A stretch of DNA of 64,000 nt. Source: Eledone cirrhosa (Eukaryota). Where the stretch lies: contig OZ024740.1 in assembly GCA_964016885.1 (NCBI GenBank), forward strand, positions 152,520,001 through 152,584,000, read 5' to 3'. Position 1 is the first letter of the stretch, and every line of letters starts with the position of its first letter. Both the position numbers and the translations under genes were made by a program. Below the pieces are notes generated by a model, which had not been told where the DNA came from, searched no databases, and saw nothing but the letters and a program-made list of their open reading frames with translations. Shown here in pieces: positions 1 to 13,705 of the stretch.

Positions 1-523
1 AGATATGGCAGGAAACACTTCATAAATAGAATGAGAGCTCGTTTTGAATCATAACAGACTGAACTGCACACCTAATTTCAAAATTGCTTTAAATGTTTTA
101 GTAGAGACACATCATATGTGGCCCACTCCTTAAAAAAAGTAGCTCATGCCTAGTCTAGTTCATATGCTACCACTTATCATTTATCGTGCGAATGGTGTTT
201 CAAAATTCGTTTACCTTTAAAATATTTTCCTTCTCTGAGTCATGAAATACAATATATTTCTGCAATTTCTTTAGTGATACTTTTGCTTTCAATTCGGACC
301 TGATTGCACTCACGGAAACCATCAAAATACAAACTATTGAAATGAGCTGATCAACGTAATACAGAAAGTCGGAGGTGTAGCATGTATGGTATATTTTTTT
401 TAATACCTTCAAAAATCCCTGCAAAAAATATTGTAATAAAAAGGGAAAAAACAAAAAAGATATTTCAGAATTAATATAGTTGATTCCATTTTAAAGCCGT
501 TGTTGCAATTTTTAGCTAGTCTG

Positions 524-608
<85 letters not shown>

Positions 609-618
609 CGGCGGCGGG

Positions 619-656
<38 letters not shown>

Positions 657-712
657 CGGCAGCGGCGATGGTGAGGGTAGTAGTAATGGTAGTGGCGGCG
701 GCGGCGGCGGCG

Positions 713-754
<42 letters not shown>

Positions 755-789
755 TTGCTGCTATCATTGAAGTTCAAGGATTATGAAGA

Positions 790-1253
790 CATCTCTGATG
801 AAAGTTAGTATCTCCGATAGAGACTGGGAACAAACTGCCAATGATCGACCTCTGTATATAAAGGGAAAGTACAGAAGAAATTATGAAAGATTAAAAAGGG
901 ATGTGAAGAATGGCTTGAACATGAAATTCCCGGAAAGAGTGGAAAACTATGGGAGAGCCTTCCTCAGCAAAGCTGGATTAAAGAGTCACAAAAGAAGCCT
1001 TATAAAAAGGGTTTAATGCAGATTACGTTGGTGCGTATGGTATAACAATCTGCCATGGATGTGGTAAAGTCTGTCAATCAGCAGAAAGCCTGAAAGTACA
1101 TGACAACCAGCCATCGATTCTTGTTGCCAAAAGCCATATCTATAACATCTGTGCCAGCGAATGTAAGATTCTTGCTTGCCTAAAAGTCACATGCAGAAGC
1201 ATGTTTGAAAATTTCAAGCGATGGCAATACTTGAGCGGGAGATAGCAGCCATT
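790..1253 (+). mobile_element. Decayed 3' end of an RTE-type LINE with C2H2-like zinc fingers
   Basis: Translates to DWEQTANDRPL...GRAFLSKAGLKSH, then CHGCGKVCQS..LKVH and CNICASEC...KSH with frame breaks. Ends in a short UTR joined to (TA)n. Confidence 0.55.
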
Positions 1254-1352
1254 ATATATATATGTATGTACATAATTTTTAAAATGCTGAAGCAATCTGA
1301 TCAGATTTTCAAATGATGGAGTGTAATTGTGGTGGTGGTGGTGGGCGTGGTG

Positions 1353-1437
<85 letters not shown>

Positions 1438-1531
1438 CAGCAGCAGTAGTAGTAGTAGTAGTAGTAGTAGTCATTGTCGTCGTGAACGTAGTAGTAGTAA
1501 TAGCAGTAGTAGTGGTGGTGGTGATAGTAGT

Positions 1532-1584
<53 letters not shown>

Positions 1585-1819
1585 CAGTATGGCAGTAGTG
1601 ATTGTGTTGCTGCTATTACTGAATGCTCTCCATAACCTCTCCGAAAGATTGTGCGCCATATCCCTTTTCACATTATTTATCTCCATTAATACATCTTGAT
1701 CGACAGCGAATATTGCCATGGACCTTTTGGTCGCGGACAATATTTTGTGAATGTAATGATATATGTAGTTAAGGACGTGTGTAGTTACGTATCAATGTAT
1801 ATATGTATATATGTATGTA

Positions 1820-1855
<36 letters not shown>

Positions 1856-2056
1856 TGGATGTATGTATGTATGTATGTATGTATGTATGGATGGATGGAT
1901 GGATGGATGGATGGATGGATGCATGTGTATATGTATGGAGGGATGGATGCATGTGTGTATGTATGGATGGATGTGTGTATGTATGTGTGCACGTATGTAT
2001 TTATGTATCGTTTATATATGTATGTAGTTATGTATTTGTACGTGTGTGTGTCCACT

Positions 2057-2099
<43 letters not shown>

Positions 2100-2123
2100 A
2101 TGTACGTATGTATGTATCTATTG

Positions 2124-2171
<48 letters not shown>

Positions 2172-2188
2172 AAATATATGTACGTATG

Positions 2189-2233
<45 letters not shown>

Positions 2234-2240
2234 ATATATA

Positions 2241-2328
<88 letters not shown>

Positions 2329-3171
2329 GAGGGGCGAGGGAAGGAGTGGAATTAGGGATTTAACGAGAGAGAGAGTGAGAGAGAGAGAATGTTACGGTGA
2401 GTGCTATTCCGTTGCCCACTTTATACACTTTATACACACTCTACAAACACAAACAAATACATTCACACACACACACACACACACAAACACGCACGCACAC
2501 ACACCCACACACAAACACGCACGCACACACACCCACACACAAACGCGCGCGCGCACACACAGACACACACACTCAAACGCGCGCGCGCGCACACACAGAC
2601 ACACACACACAAACACGTACACACACACACACACGTACACAAACACGTACACACACACACACACACAAACGCGTGCGCACACAGACACACACACACACAC
2701 AAACACGTACACACACACACACACGTACACACACACAAACACGTACACACACACACACACACGTACACACACACACACAAACACAAACGCGCGCGCACAC
2801 ACTCACACACACACACACACAAACACGTACACACACACACAAACACGTACACACACATATTCGATCTCGTCTCATCTTATCTCCTCGTCCAAGCTTCGCT
2901 ATCTCTACTTCATCCATGCCACTTTCCCCATTCTTCTACCCATATATACTTACATGCACGTAATACATATCCCATTCTATTCTCCTATCCCGTACAACCT
3001 ACTCCCTATAACCCCTGGTCACTAGCCTGAACCTATCAACCTGACTCCACCCTCGCCACCATGTCATCCCATACACCGTACCACCGTCGCTCGTATGTAT
3101 CACTTAACGCTATTTTGTTTTCCATCTAATTCTTTCTCGCTTTCTTTGTTTATTCATTTTCACCATTTGAC

Positions 3172-4611
3172 TACCATCCCCACCACCACCACCACCACCT
3201 CCTCCGCCGCCGCCAACGACAACACCACCACCACCACCACCACCTCCTCCGCCGCCACCAACGACAACACCACCACCACCACCGCCACCACCACCGCCAC
3301 CAACGACAACACCACCACCACCACCACCACCACCACCTCCTCCGCCGCCTCCAACGACAACACCACCACCACCACCACCGCCACCACCACCGCCACCAAC
3401 GACAACACCACCACCACCACCACCGCCACCACCTCCTCCGCCGCCACCAACGACAACACCACCGCCACCACCGCCAACACCACCATCAACACCACCATCA
3501 CCACCACCATCACCATCACCACCACCATCACCATCAACACCACCATCAACACCACCACCATCACCATCAACACCACCATCAACACCACCATCACCACCAC
3601 CATCACCATCACCACCGCCATCACCATCAACACCACCATCACCATCAACACCACCACCATCACCACCGCCACCACCATCAACACCACCACCATCACCACC
3701 GCCACCACCATCAACACCACCATCACCACCACCATCACCATCAACACCACCATCACCATCAACACCACCATCACCATCAACACCACCACCATCACCACCG
3801 CCACCACCATCAACACCACCATCACCACCACCATCACCATCAACACCACCATCACCATCAACACCACCATCACCACCACCATCACCATCAACACCACCAC
3901 CATCACCACCGCCACCACCATCAACACCACCATCACCACCACCATCACCATCAACACCACCATCACCATCAACACCACCATCACCACCACCATCACCATC
4001 AACACCACCACCATCACCACCGCCACCACCATCAACACCACCATCACCACCACCATCACCATCAACACCACCATCACCATCAACACCACCATCACCACCA
4101 CCATCACCATCAACACCACCATCAACACCACCATCACCATCAACACCACCACCATCACCACCGCCACCACCATCAACACCACCATCACCACCACCATCAC
4201 CATCAACACCACCATCACCATCAACACCACCATCACCACCACCATCACCATCAACACCACCACCATCACCACCGCCACCACCATCAACACCACCATCACC
4301 ACCACCATCACCATCAACACCACCATCACCATCAACACCACCATCACCACCACCATCACCACCGCCACCACCATCAACACCACCATCACCACCACCATCA
4401 CCATCAACACCACCATCACCATCAACACCACCATCACCACCACCATCGCCATCAACACCACCATCACCATCAACACCACCATCACCACCACCATCACCAT
4501 CAACACCACCATCACCACCACCATCACCATCAACACCACCATCACCACCACCATCACCATCACCATCAACACCACCATCACCACCACCATCATCATCACC
4601 ATCATCATCAT
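3172..4611 (+). repeat. Compound (CAC/CAT/AAC) trinucleotide array with a 111-bp higher-order unit
   Basis: The rare GCC triplet recurs at 3800, 3911 and 4022 (111-bp spacing). The array is stop-free on both strands because of its composition. Confidence 0.9.
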
Positions 4612-5487
4612 TGTGAGTGTCGTTGTTGTTCTAGCAAGAAATACAACACCGAAGGAGGGACTGATAGGATGCAATATGTCGTTGTTATAATATATATTTA
4701 TAGATATTTTTTTATTTCTAACTTTGATCGATGTAGATATATCCGGTGCTATTTAAAACTTCCGTTCCGCAAAACCATCTTGGCCCTTGTCGAAGAGATA
4801 TATTTCAGTCAATTTGTGATAGAGTTTCATCCATGTTAAAGGAGTTCACATCAGTTTGTTAAGTCTCGTGTCTTTGATGAGAGTTATGGCAATAAGAGAC
4901 AACATACATGATACAAACGAAGCAAGACAAAAGAAGGCATTGCAAGTCAAAGCCGTTTACTAAATCTCCGAACTGATGTTCCCTCATCTTCCTTAACTAA
5001 TAATATACATTTAGACAACATACAAATGCCTAGTCTGTTGGTAACTGAAATCATATATTTATGTAAATACGTAAGTATGCGTACATATTCATACGTAAGT
5101 ATGCGTACATGTGTGTGTGTGTGTGTGTACGCATATATATATATATATATAGTTTTAATATAGATAAGATTCTACAGGTATTGGGTACCTTACTTACTGT
5201 GGTTACCTCCGATTCAACCCGGAATAACTTTGATAAACTATATATATGTGTCTGTGTCTATATTGTATCTGTATTATTTTTGACCGTTGGTCAGTCAATG
5301 GCAACATTGAGGACCGAATAAATTAGATTACCGATATAAAAGACACAGAAGCGAAAAGCGAAAACCAACCAAACAGTGAGTGTGTTCTGTTATTAATTCT
5401 GGCAATATTACACAAATAGACCCTCCCCAAGTATAACAATATATATATATATATATATATATATGTACGCATATATATATATATATA

Positions 5488-5690
5488 GGAACGAGTAGGA
5501 CCCCGACGGCTGAGCTCAAGCCGTTTCGACGGCTAATTCTGCCGTCGAAACGGCTTGAGCTGAGCCGTCGGGGTCCTACTCGTTCCTATATATATATATA
5601 GTCGTTCCTATTACCCACTCTACTACCCTAAGTATTGAGTAGTTTGGTGCGTTATGGTCCACCTGGTTCCTTACCACATTTCCTTCGTTA
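5488..5690. mobile_element. Family A fold-back insert (PLE pLTR-like) in (TA)n
   Basis: 46-bp inverted arms 5488-5533 and 5541-5586 with a TAATTCT loop, then a short TA run and the family 3' tail (5601-5690). The same sequence occurs at 15171-16591 and 38956-39153. Confidence 0.8.
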
Positions 5691-5694
5691 TATA

Positions 5695-5787
<93 letters not shown>

Positions 5788-5969
5788 ATATATCAACAGT
5801 CGATCGACTTTCGTCAAATCGGAACGAGGAAACAATGTTTCCATCGGTTTTTCCAATTGCAAATACTATCTATCGGTCGCAAATCCAGGTATATATATAC
5901 ATATACATACACACATATATATATATATACACAGTCGTTTGTTTTTCCTAGTACTTTACCTTTAAATAA

Positions 5970-6016
<47 letters not shown>

Positions 6017-6019
<3 letters not shown>

Positions 6020-6212
6020 CAGATTAAAGTTAAAGCAAAGAATCTTCAGAGTTTCAGAAGATCCCGTTAAGCGTAAAAGCACCGATTCTTTGCTTTAACT
6101 TTAATCTGTTATTTTAATAAATATTTGCTCTAGGGTTCTTATATATTTGATATATATTTATCCATATCGAGCCCTCTTTGGATTTTAGTCTTCACATTTA
6201 TTATTGTTACTA
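6017..6212. mobile_element. Family B asymmetric fold-back insert in (TA)n
   Basis: 28-bp inverted arms 6017-6044 and 6084-6111, with the right arm continuing about 100 bp. Homologous sequence at 43142-43305 and 47842-47972. Confidence 0.7.
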
Positions 6213-6336
6213 TATATATATATATATATAACAAGCCGCAATTTTAAAGCCATGTCAGTAGAACGAACCCTTCATTCTTGCTCTTGTGTTGGCATATATG
6301 AATATATATGTATATATATATGTATATATATGCATG

Positions 6337-6432
<96 letters not shown>

Positions 6433-6463
6433 GTGTGCGTGAGTGTCTATATCCTCTAAACAA

Positions 6464-6950
6464 CCACAAGGAAACGCATTTGATTGGTTTATGCACCCAT
6501 TCGTTCATAATATGTTCTAAAATAGACGTACTATTTTGCATATGAATAGCGCTCGTGTTGGTAGTTAATTAAGATATATATTAAGAAATGCCCTCAAGCA
6601 ACCGAAGTGTGTAATGAAATTATATCTGTTTGGTAATCGAGACTGCGCCAGTGTGTATATAAATATACACATTTTAAATAAACGTGTAAATATGCCAGAA
6701 ATTCGACATCCACTCTAAATTGTAAAAATGATAAAGGTCTTTAATCGATTTTCTGACCATGTAGTATCTTTATCTGAAGGTGTGTATATCACCTAAATGA
6801 TAGGTTTCCCACAAGGAAACTCATATTTTATGGGTTTATATACCTATTCGTTCATAGTAGTATTCTGAAACTGACAGACTAATTTGCATAGAATTAGCCT
6901 TCGTGTTGCTAGTTAATTAAAATAGATACCAAAAGGTGCGCCAAACAGCC
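6464..6950. repeat. Diverged direct repeat of about 140 bp, period about 345 bp
   Basis: CCACAAGGAAAC...ATTCGTTCATA...TCGTGTTG.TAGTTAATTAA occurs starting at 6464 and again at 6809. Confidence 0.75.
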
Positions 6951-7519
6951 GTTTATAATAAAATAGGAACATTTGCAACAGAATAAGAAAACATAAGCGA
7001 TTAGAACTCAGAACGTTCAGAAAGAAACGTCAATACTTTTCATTCATCTAAATCTGTGATCAATTGTTTCTGTTGAGGCATTTTATTTTTATTCATTTGA
7101 AGATTTTTTTTATTTTTGTAGTTAAATTCTAAAATTATTCGGAAATTATGTTTTAACTTGTCGCAAAAGATGACAAGGTATATTAGAGAAGCTAATTGTT
7201 GCAAGCATTAAAATATCACAAACTAAACGCAATAAGTGACGTTAATACGAGTTATTATATTCACTGTGTGATAGAGCAGATAACAAAGGGTAAATTTAAC
7301 CGTTATAATGTAATATAATGCAAATGTAATGTAATACACACTAATACTGTAAGGGGAAGGCGAGAAGGTGATGGTGACGATGATGTAGCAGCAGGTGATG
7401 GTGACGATGATGTGTATGGGATAAGGTGAAAGAAAGTAATAAAATCTTATGTAAATATGATGTGTTGAAGTTTAAACACATACCAACACATCTGATGTGA
7501 TGTGTTGGTATGTGTTCCG

Positions 7520-9050
7520 TTGTGTTGGTTAAACATACAGATCTAACTACGGATGAAATCGATATCATATTAACTGCTAGAAGAACTCTAATTAATTTCA
7601 ACAATGAGTATTGGACCGTTCAGATAGGAATAGAAACTCTGACATTACCATGGGATCATCGGACTCAGCGCAGGTCACGGATCTTCTGGGATTTTCATCT
7701 TAAATATGGTAAATAGAAAACTACCGGAAATTACCGGTGGTTTATATAGGGACGATATTTTATTTACGGTTGTCAAACATAGCAACACAGAACTAAATAG
7801 GGTTAAGAAAACTATAATTGAATTCTTTAAAAATTACGACCTTAAATTAGAAGTTGAAAGTAGTACCAAAATAGTTAATTTCCTTGACGTGACCCTTAAC
7901 TTAAACTCAGGTTTTTATTACCCTTTCCATAAACCCAATGAAAACTTAAACTGCGTTAGCTATTACTCTAATCACCCTAAATCTGTGAAAAACGCAATAG
8001 TCAATAGTGTACAGAAACGCATAACTAGAATATCCGCTAATAAATCCATATTTGATGAAAAAGCAGGATATTATAATGACGCGCTGCGAAAGGCAGGTTA
8101 TAAAGATAATATAGAATATATGGATAATAATTTGAATGATAATCCTAATAAGATTAACATGTATAAAAGAGATTCTAACAATGTTAATACAAACACCACT
8201 ACCGTAAATAAATCGGGGGAAAAAATCAGAACTAAATCAGTTATATTGTTTGACATCCCCCCCCCTCTCTCCACCCCACCCCACCCCCCAGGCTTCTGTA
8301 GCAATAAAAACTCCACTCGCAAATCTATTGTTTAAAGCATTAGATAAATCCTTCCCCATTCAACATAAATACCGTTCCATATTTAACAGATACACAATTA
8401 AGCTTTCTTATTCTACAACTATGAATATGGCCCAAAACATCACTAAAATAAATAGTAGAATTCTAAATCAACATACATTTAACGATAATGAATATAACAA
8501 TAGCAATATTGACACTAGAAATAACAGTAACATCGCTATCAATACAACATTTCGGAATACTAATAATGTTAATGTAAATAGTACAATTTATAGTAATAAC
8601 AATAAATCAAAGTATAATTGTAGAAATAGACCAGATTGCCCTCTGCAAAATAGCTGTCTTGATAGCAATTTGGTATATAAATGCACCGTAAAAGCAAATA
8701 ACATCACATACAACTATATAGGTGCAACTTCTTCGACATTTAAATCTAGATTTGCGAAACACAAATGCTCTTTTTAGAATCCTAATAGGAAATCTTCGAC
8801 TTCTTTATCACAACTTATATGGTCATTAAAAGATAAAAACTTAAAATACTCGATTTCTTGGGTGAAGTTATGTAATAGTTGAATTTATTTGAATTCGTCA
8901 ATATCACCTAACTGCAACCTCTGTACCATAGAGTCCCTTTTAATAATTACTGATTGTGAAAATTTAATTAACAAAAGGGTGAATTATTCTCAAACTGCCT
9001 TCATAAAGCTGTCTACATTCCAAGCCTCGCAAAAAGTCAGGAAAAAACAC
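7520..9050 (+). pseudogene. Penelope-like element RT (3' half) plus GIY-YIG endonuclease, frameshifted; Nematis-like linker
   Basis: Motifs DITMGS.D.A.V.DL, GGLYRDD, VNFLDVTL, SNHPKSV, IKLSYSTT.N, NCRNRPDCPLQNSC and LVYKC...YIGATSSTFKSRF..H, then CNLC..E across ORFs 7510-7716, 7706-8335 and 8250-8777. Confidence 0.9.
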
Positions 9051-10327
9051 TAAATAAGACGTCTAATTTTTGACGTCTCTTATCAACTGTGTACCTAAAA
9101 CGTTATAACGGATTATAAAACTTTAATAATTTTTAATTTTTATTTTTTAATTCTTTTATGATATGATTAATGTTAGATTAAAGGGTCCTGTTTAGGTATG
9201 TAAACAAATTATTGGTTAACATGATCTCTTGAAGAATGTGCATATAAGATTGTTAAGATATATTTGATTTTTTGACTGGGATTCTTGGATATTTTTTAAA
9301 TATATGGCTTATATGCTTAACAATTATAATTTACCGTAAATCATCCATGCATTTATGCTTTTGTATATTTACTTATCTGGAGTATGTTTTACAATTCAGG
9401 AAGTTTGATTTATATATTTTTATTTATATATATTTACGGTATATACATCACACACCATACTAGTCGACAACCTTTTTTCCACTTACCTTGATGTAAAACT
9501 TCAATTATAACATTATTAACAATGATTGTACTGTTTATTTATTATATGTATATCGATCACTAATATCTAGAATACTCTATTTATATTTGAACAAAGCTGT
9601 ATATCTAGTATAATAACATGCTTCTAGTTACATTTATAACTACTTGAAATACTTTAATGACTTTCTTGTGTTATAATCGTTAAATATTTTCTAAATATTT
9701 TCTAAACTCTCTAAGTTATATAACGATTATTATTGATAAGTACTTTAGATACTTTATTGATTTTCTAGTGTTATAATCGTTAAATATGTTCTAAATGTTT
9801 TCTAAATTTTCTAAGTTATATAACGATTATTATTTTATTTTATTTTATTAAATTTGGCTTACCTTCGGGTCAATGAAATCCTTAGGCTTTCTCTTTCTCA
9901 TGTTTGCAGACACATTATACTACTATATAAATTTATAAAGAAAATCTAAGATCGCAGACAATTCATTTTTTTTTTGCTTTGAATCATATTCTTATCCGTA
10001 TGATTCAAGAAGTTTGACTCGTATATTTATAGTATATATGTGTTACATGATATTATTATAATAATTGATCTAAAACCTTAATTTCTAACAATATTATCAG
10101 TAACTTATTTATTGTATTATATTATGTTATATATAAATGATAGGTATCATCTTAATCTTTAGACAATATAATCTTTGTTTATATTTAGACAAATGCATAT
10201 ATCTAATTTAATAATAAACTTTTTAAGTTTAATTATAAGGCCTTTTGATGCTTTAAGGCATTTTAATTGGTAATCTGAATTTTTTTAAATTATATCTTCA
10301 ATATAATATAAATAATTATAATAAAAT

Positions 10328-12024
10328 TTTAGCAGCATGGTGTATAAATGTTATTGAGACACGAGTAACATAATAATAATGTCACCAGCAGAAATAGAGA
10401 TGAAATGTATGTTTATTTTGGTTGTAGCACAAATAATGTTGGTTAACTTGTATGGTTGAAGTTACACATAAAAATGAGGTTACAAAAGAGAATGTGCCAT
10501 TGCGCCGGAAAGCCGACAGGCTAAGGTGCAAAATCTCACCGTCACATGTACGTGTTGCTGGTTCGAAGTTCCTGGTGCGAGAGAGAGATTCTTCAAATCT
10601 TCGCGGGTAATTTCTCCCTCAGGACGCGTAGGGATACATCCTCTTCTACTGGCGCTGATTGGCTGAGCTAAGCCAAATCACGCACAGAGAATGTATGTGA
10701 GCCCGCGAAATGTAGGTCACTACAATACTCCTAGACGGAAGTCGATACAGATTATTGAATCAGCAAGAACAAATGCTGAAAGAGCACATCAGTGAAAAAA
10801 TAATTGAGCAGAAGGATGCATGCATGAAAAAAAATGAGGCGCTAAGGGCCGTGTTGAGCCGCTGTGTCAAATGACTAGCTGTTTTGTAGTTTATACGTGA
10901 CCACCAAAGGTATAACAGAAAACGGATGAAGTCTGACATGGGCGAAGTTGCTGTTCTTGCATTAAATGTTAATGGTAAGTGTTGTACCAGTAACTGTGGA
11001 TGAAGCTATTATGGTAGTTTACCAGTGCTGGCAAGAAGATGATGGGTAGGCGAAAAAATGTTGGCCTCCCAGATGTATTGCCGAATGTGCTAGGGAGCCA
11101 GGAAAAAATGGCTGGTTGCTTTGAAAAGAAAAAAAAAAGCAAGTTGAATCTGTAGGTGCGTTGCAATTCCATAATTCGGGCGAATTCACAGAAGTGGTGG
11201 AAATACTGACAAGTCCAGTTTTATTTGCTGTTTTCCCAGTGAGTTGGGTAAGGTAACAACATAGGGGTTGTTATGGACGATGAGTGTGCAACGAGATGCG
11301 AAACTGTTTGAGTTCAGCTGCAATTAGCATTCTCGTGTTGCGGTGCCTGTTTGAATCCAGGTGAATTAAGTTCTATGAGTCGCTAGCATGTGACGGCATC
11401 TCAACCAGGTGAAAAGGGATCTCGCAGAATATTACGTTTGAAGAACATATACTAAGAACAACATGTTGGTGTGTGACAAAGAAATGTGTGCATATGCAGG
11501 CATGTAAAACAGCAAAGAATGTGAAGGAACAAAAACCATGAGCAAGCAAAATAGCAAAAGAGCACAAAACAAGTAAATGCATTTTACAAAGAAATATGTG
11601 AATGTAACAAACTGATAATTCAAAGTCAATATAAGGGAGCAGAGAAATTAATGCTCAATGATAAGTTCAAAGTTTTTCAAAGTCAAATAGTTCACACATC
11701 ACCAGTGTACAGACTTTCTGACACTAGTTCTATCTGAAAACTGAAAAAGAAGTTTGTTAATGCCACTAGGGGTTAGATGTATATTGTTTTTGAGAGTTTT
11801 CGTGGCCATTTTACCGCCCTGCCACCTTGTGTGACATAAGGTTGTGTTGCTTGTTTGTATTGCAGGAAGCCGAATCGAAAGAAAAAAAATGTCTCCGGGC
11901 TATAATTTTGAAAATACATATGAAAGCACAGAAGTAAACAATATGATATGTGGTGGTTGCGTCGGTAAGGCTATGAAGCTGCCATCTCACTATTCCCTGT
12001 TGTTGGTTAGTGGTTAAACAATGT

Positions 12025-12077
<53 letters not shown>

Positions 12078-12663
12078 TTGTTGTTGATTGTAGACAGGAC
12101 TTGTCGGTAGCCATTTTGAAATTTCCTCGTGGCGAAAAGTTTTTGAAATACTGCTAATTTTTTTAAAATTCTAAAAGGAATATTTTGTATTTACAATATT
12201 CCTCACGTCAGGTCACCAGTGTGGTAATAACAGTGAAGTTCAACTGAACAAAACGGCTGTGTAAAATTCTTACGTCGGTCACCAATTTAGCAGCATGGTG
12301 TATAAATGTTATTGAGACACTCGTAACATAATAATAATGTCAACAGCAGAAATTAGAGATGAAATGTATGTTTATTTTTGGTTAACTTGTATGGTTGAAG
12401 TTACACATAAAAATGAGGTTACAAAAGAGAATGTGCCATTGCGCCCGAAAGCCGGCAGGCTAAGGTGCAAAATCTCACCGTCACATGTACGTGTTGCTGG
12501 TTCGAAGTTCCTGGTGCGAGAGAGAGATTCTTCAAATCTTCGCGGGTAATTTCTCCCTCAGGACGCGTAGGGATACATCCTCTTCTACTGGCGCTGATTG
12601 GCTGAGCTGAGCCAAATCACGCACAGAGAATGTATGTGAGCCCGCGGAATGTAGGTCACTACA
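10328..12663 (-). mobile_element. Non-autonomous LTR retroelement (Gypsy-like), 2.3 kb
   Basis: Near-identical LTRs at 10328-10724 and 12286-12663, differing by one indel of about 20 bp. Minus-strand termini are TGTAG...CTAAA. AAAT is duplicated at 10324-10327 and 12664-12667. A PBS-like TGGTGACCGACG follows the 5' LTR and a short purine tract AGGAGTA precedes the 3' LTR. No pol ORF. Confidence 0.85.
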
Positions 12664-13416
12664 AAATTATTAAGATTTACCTTTGAGACGATGCAAAATA
12701 GCATGTTTTCTCTCTCATGTTTGCAAATAGTTTAAATATGAATTTATAAAATATGAATTTATGAATTAAATATACTTTAATAGTAATATTTATAAACTTT
12801 TATAGCCTGAAATATTATGCACTTTAATTAATTCATTACTCTGAACTAACTTAAATGATTTGAAAGTTAACGGTCAATCGGACACATTGAGATAGTATAT
12901 ATAACTAATTAAATGAGGAAATTAACCTTTATTGATTACACCCAGTTATATTTAGGATGTAGATTGATGAATATTTCTAGATAATTCAATAATTCAATGA
13001 TTCGAGTTTACTCTATCGCATAGCTATGTCCAATTGTATAGTTGTGTATGGATATATATCATACATAACTATACATCCCTCCCTATAATTATAATTATTC
13101 CTCTTTGTCTCCCTTTCCTTGATCAATTCTCCTTTGCTCTCTATACCTCTTCTAGCTATATTTTCCCCTCATATGTTTTCTCTCTGTCTTTTTTCTTTCC
13201 TCTTTCTTCAATAACTATTTGAATCTTTAACAGTTATGTAAATTACTGTTATGTATTTTTAAGCTTTCTTAGACGCACTCTCTGTATTATATGTATTATA
13301 TGTAAGTTTTTTTCATGTATCAATCTTAAGGTATATAAATATTGAGTGTTATCATATCTTACTACCATGACTGGATCTTAACCATCTACTATGTCAGGGT
13401 ATGTCATGCATCATCT

Positions 13417-13483
13417 TATTTTATCTGATGAGGACGTACTGTTCAAGTTAGCTCAGTACCTCTGAAATATGTATAATAAAATA
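13417..13483 (+). ncRNA. Type I hammerhead ribozyme in a PLE pLTR
   Basis: TATTTTAT-CTGATGA-[GGAcGTACTG..CAGTACcTCT]-GAAA-TATGTA-TA-ATAAAATA: 8-bp stem I, intact core, minimal stem III. Confidence 0.8.
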
Positions 13484-13628
13484 TACTTGATCACAATGAA
13501 GTTCTACTTTTGTTAATATTTTGAATGAATATTAATAACTCCGGAAAACCATAACTGTTGAGTGCTTCCAATCTATTGTAAAACTAAAACTAATTCTTTG
13601 ATTTATTCATTGAACCTTGTTTAACCTT

Positions 13629-13705
<77 letters not shown>

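Larger units (their letters stand above)
7520..13630 (+). mobile_element. 5'-truncated PLE with a long internally repetitive 3' region and terminal pLTR, interrupted by an LTR element
   Basis: The ORF remnant is followed by AT-rich diverged repeats that continue across the 10328-12663 insertion (about 9850 resembles about 12676). An HHR lies at 13417-13483 and the element ends in (TA)n at about 13630. Confidence 0.7.

Noticed and set aside
409-3030. Many long ORFs (poly-T/V/S, YI, CV and HT repeats)
   Set aside because: These are translations of (GTA)n, (TATG)n, (TA)n and (CA)n microsatellites. The same applies to similar ORFs throughout the window.
3095-4690. 531-aa mucin-like ORF and 504-aa antisense ORF
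   Set aside because: Open only because the repeat lacks stop codons, with no domain or convincing splice context. Kept as a repeat.
5790-5890. Minus-strand GAAA-GTCGATCGAC-TG hammerhead-like half
   Set aside because: No upstream CUGANGA or stem I, and position 17 would be G.
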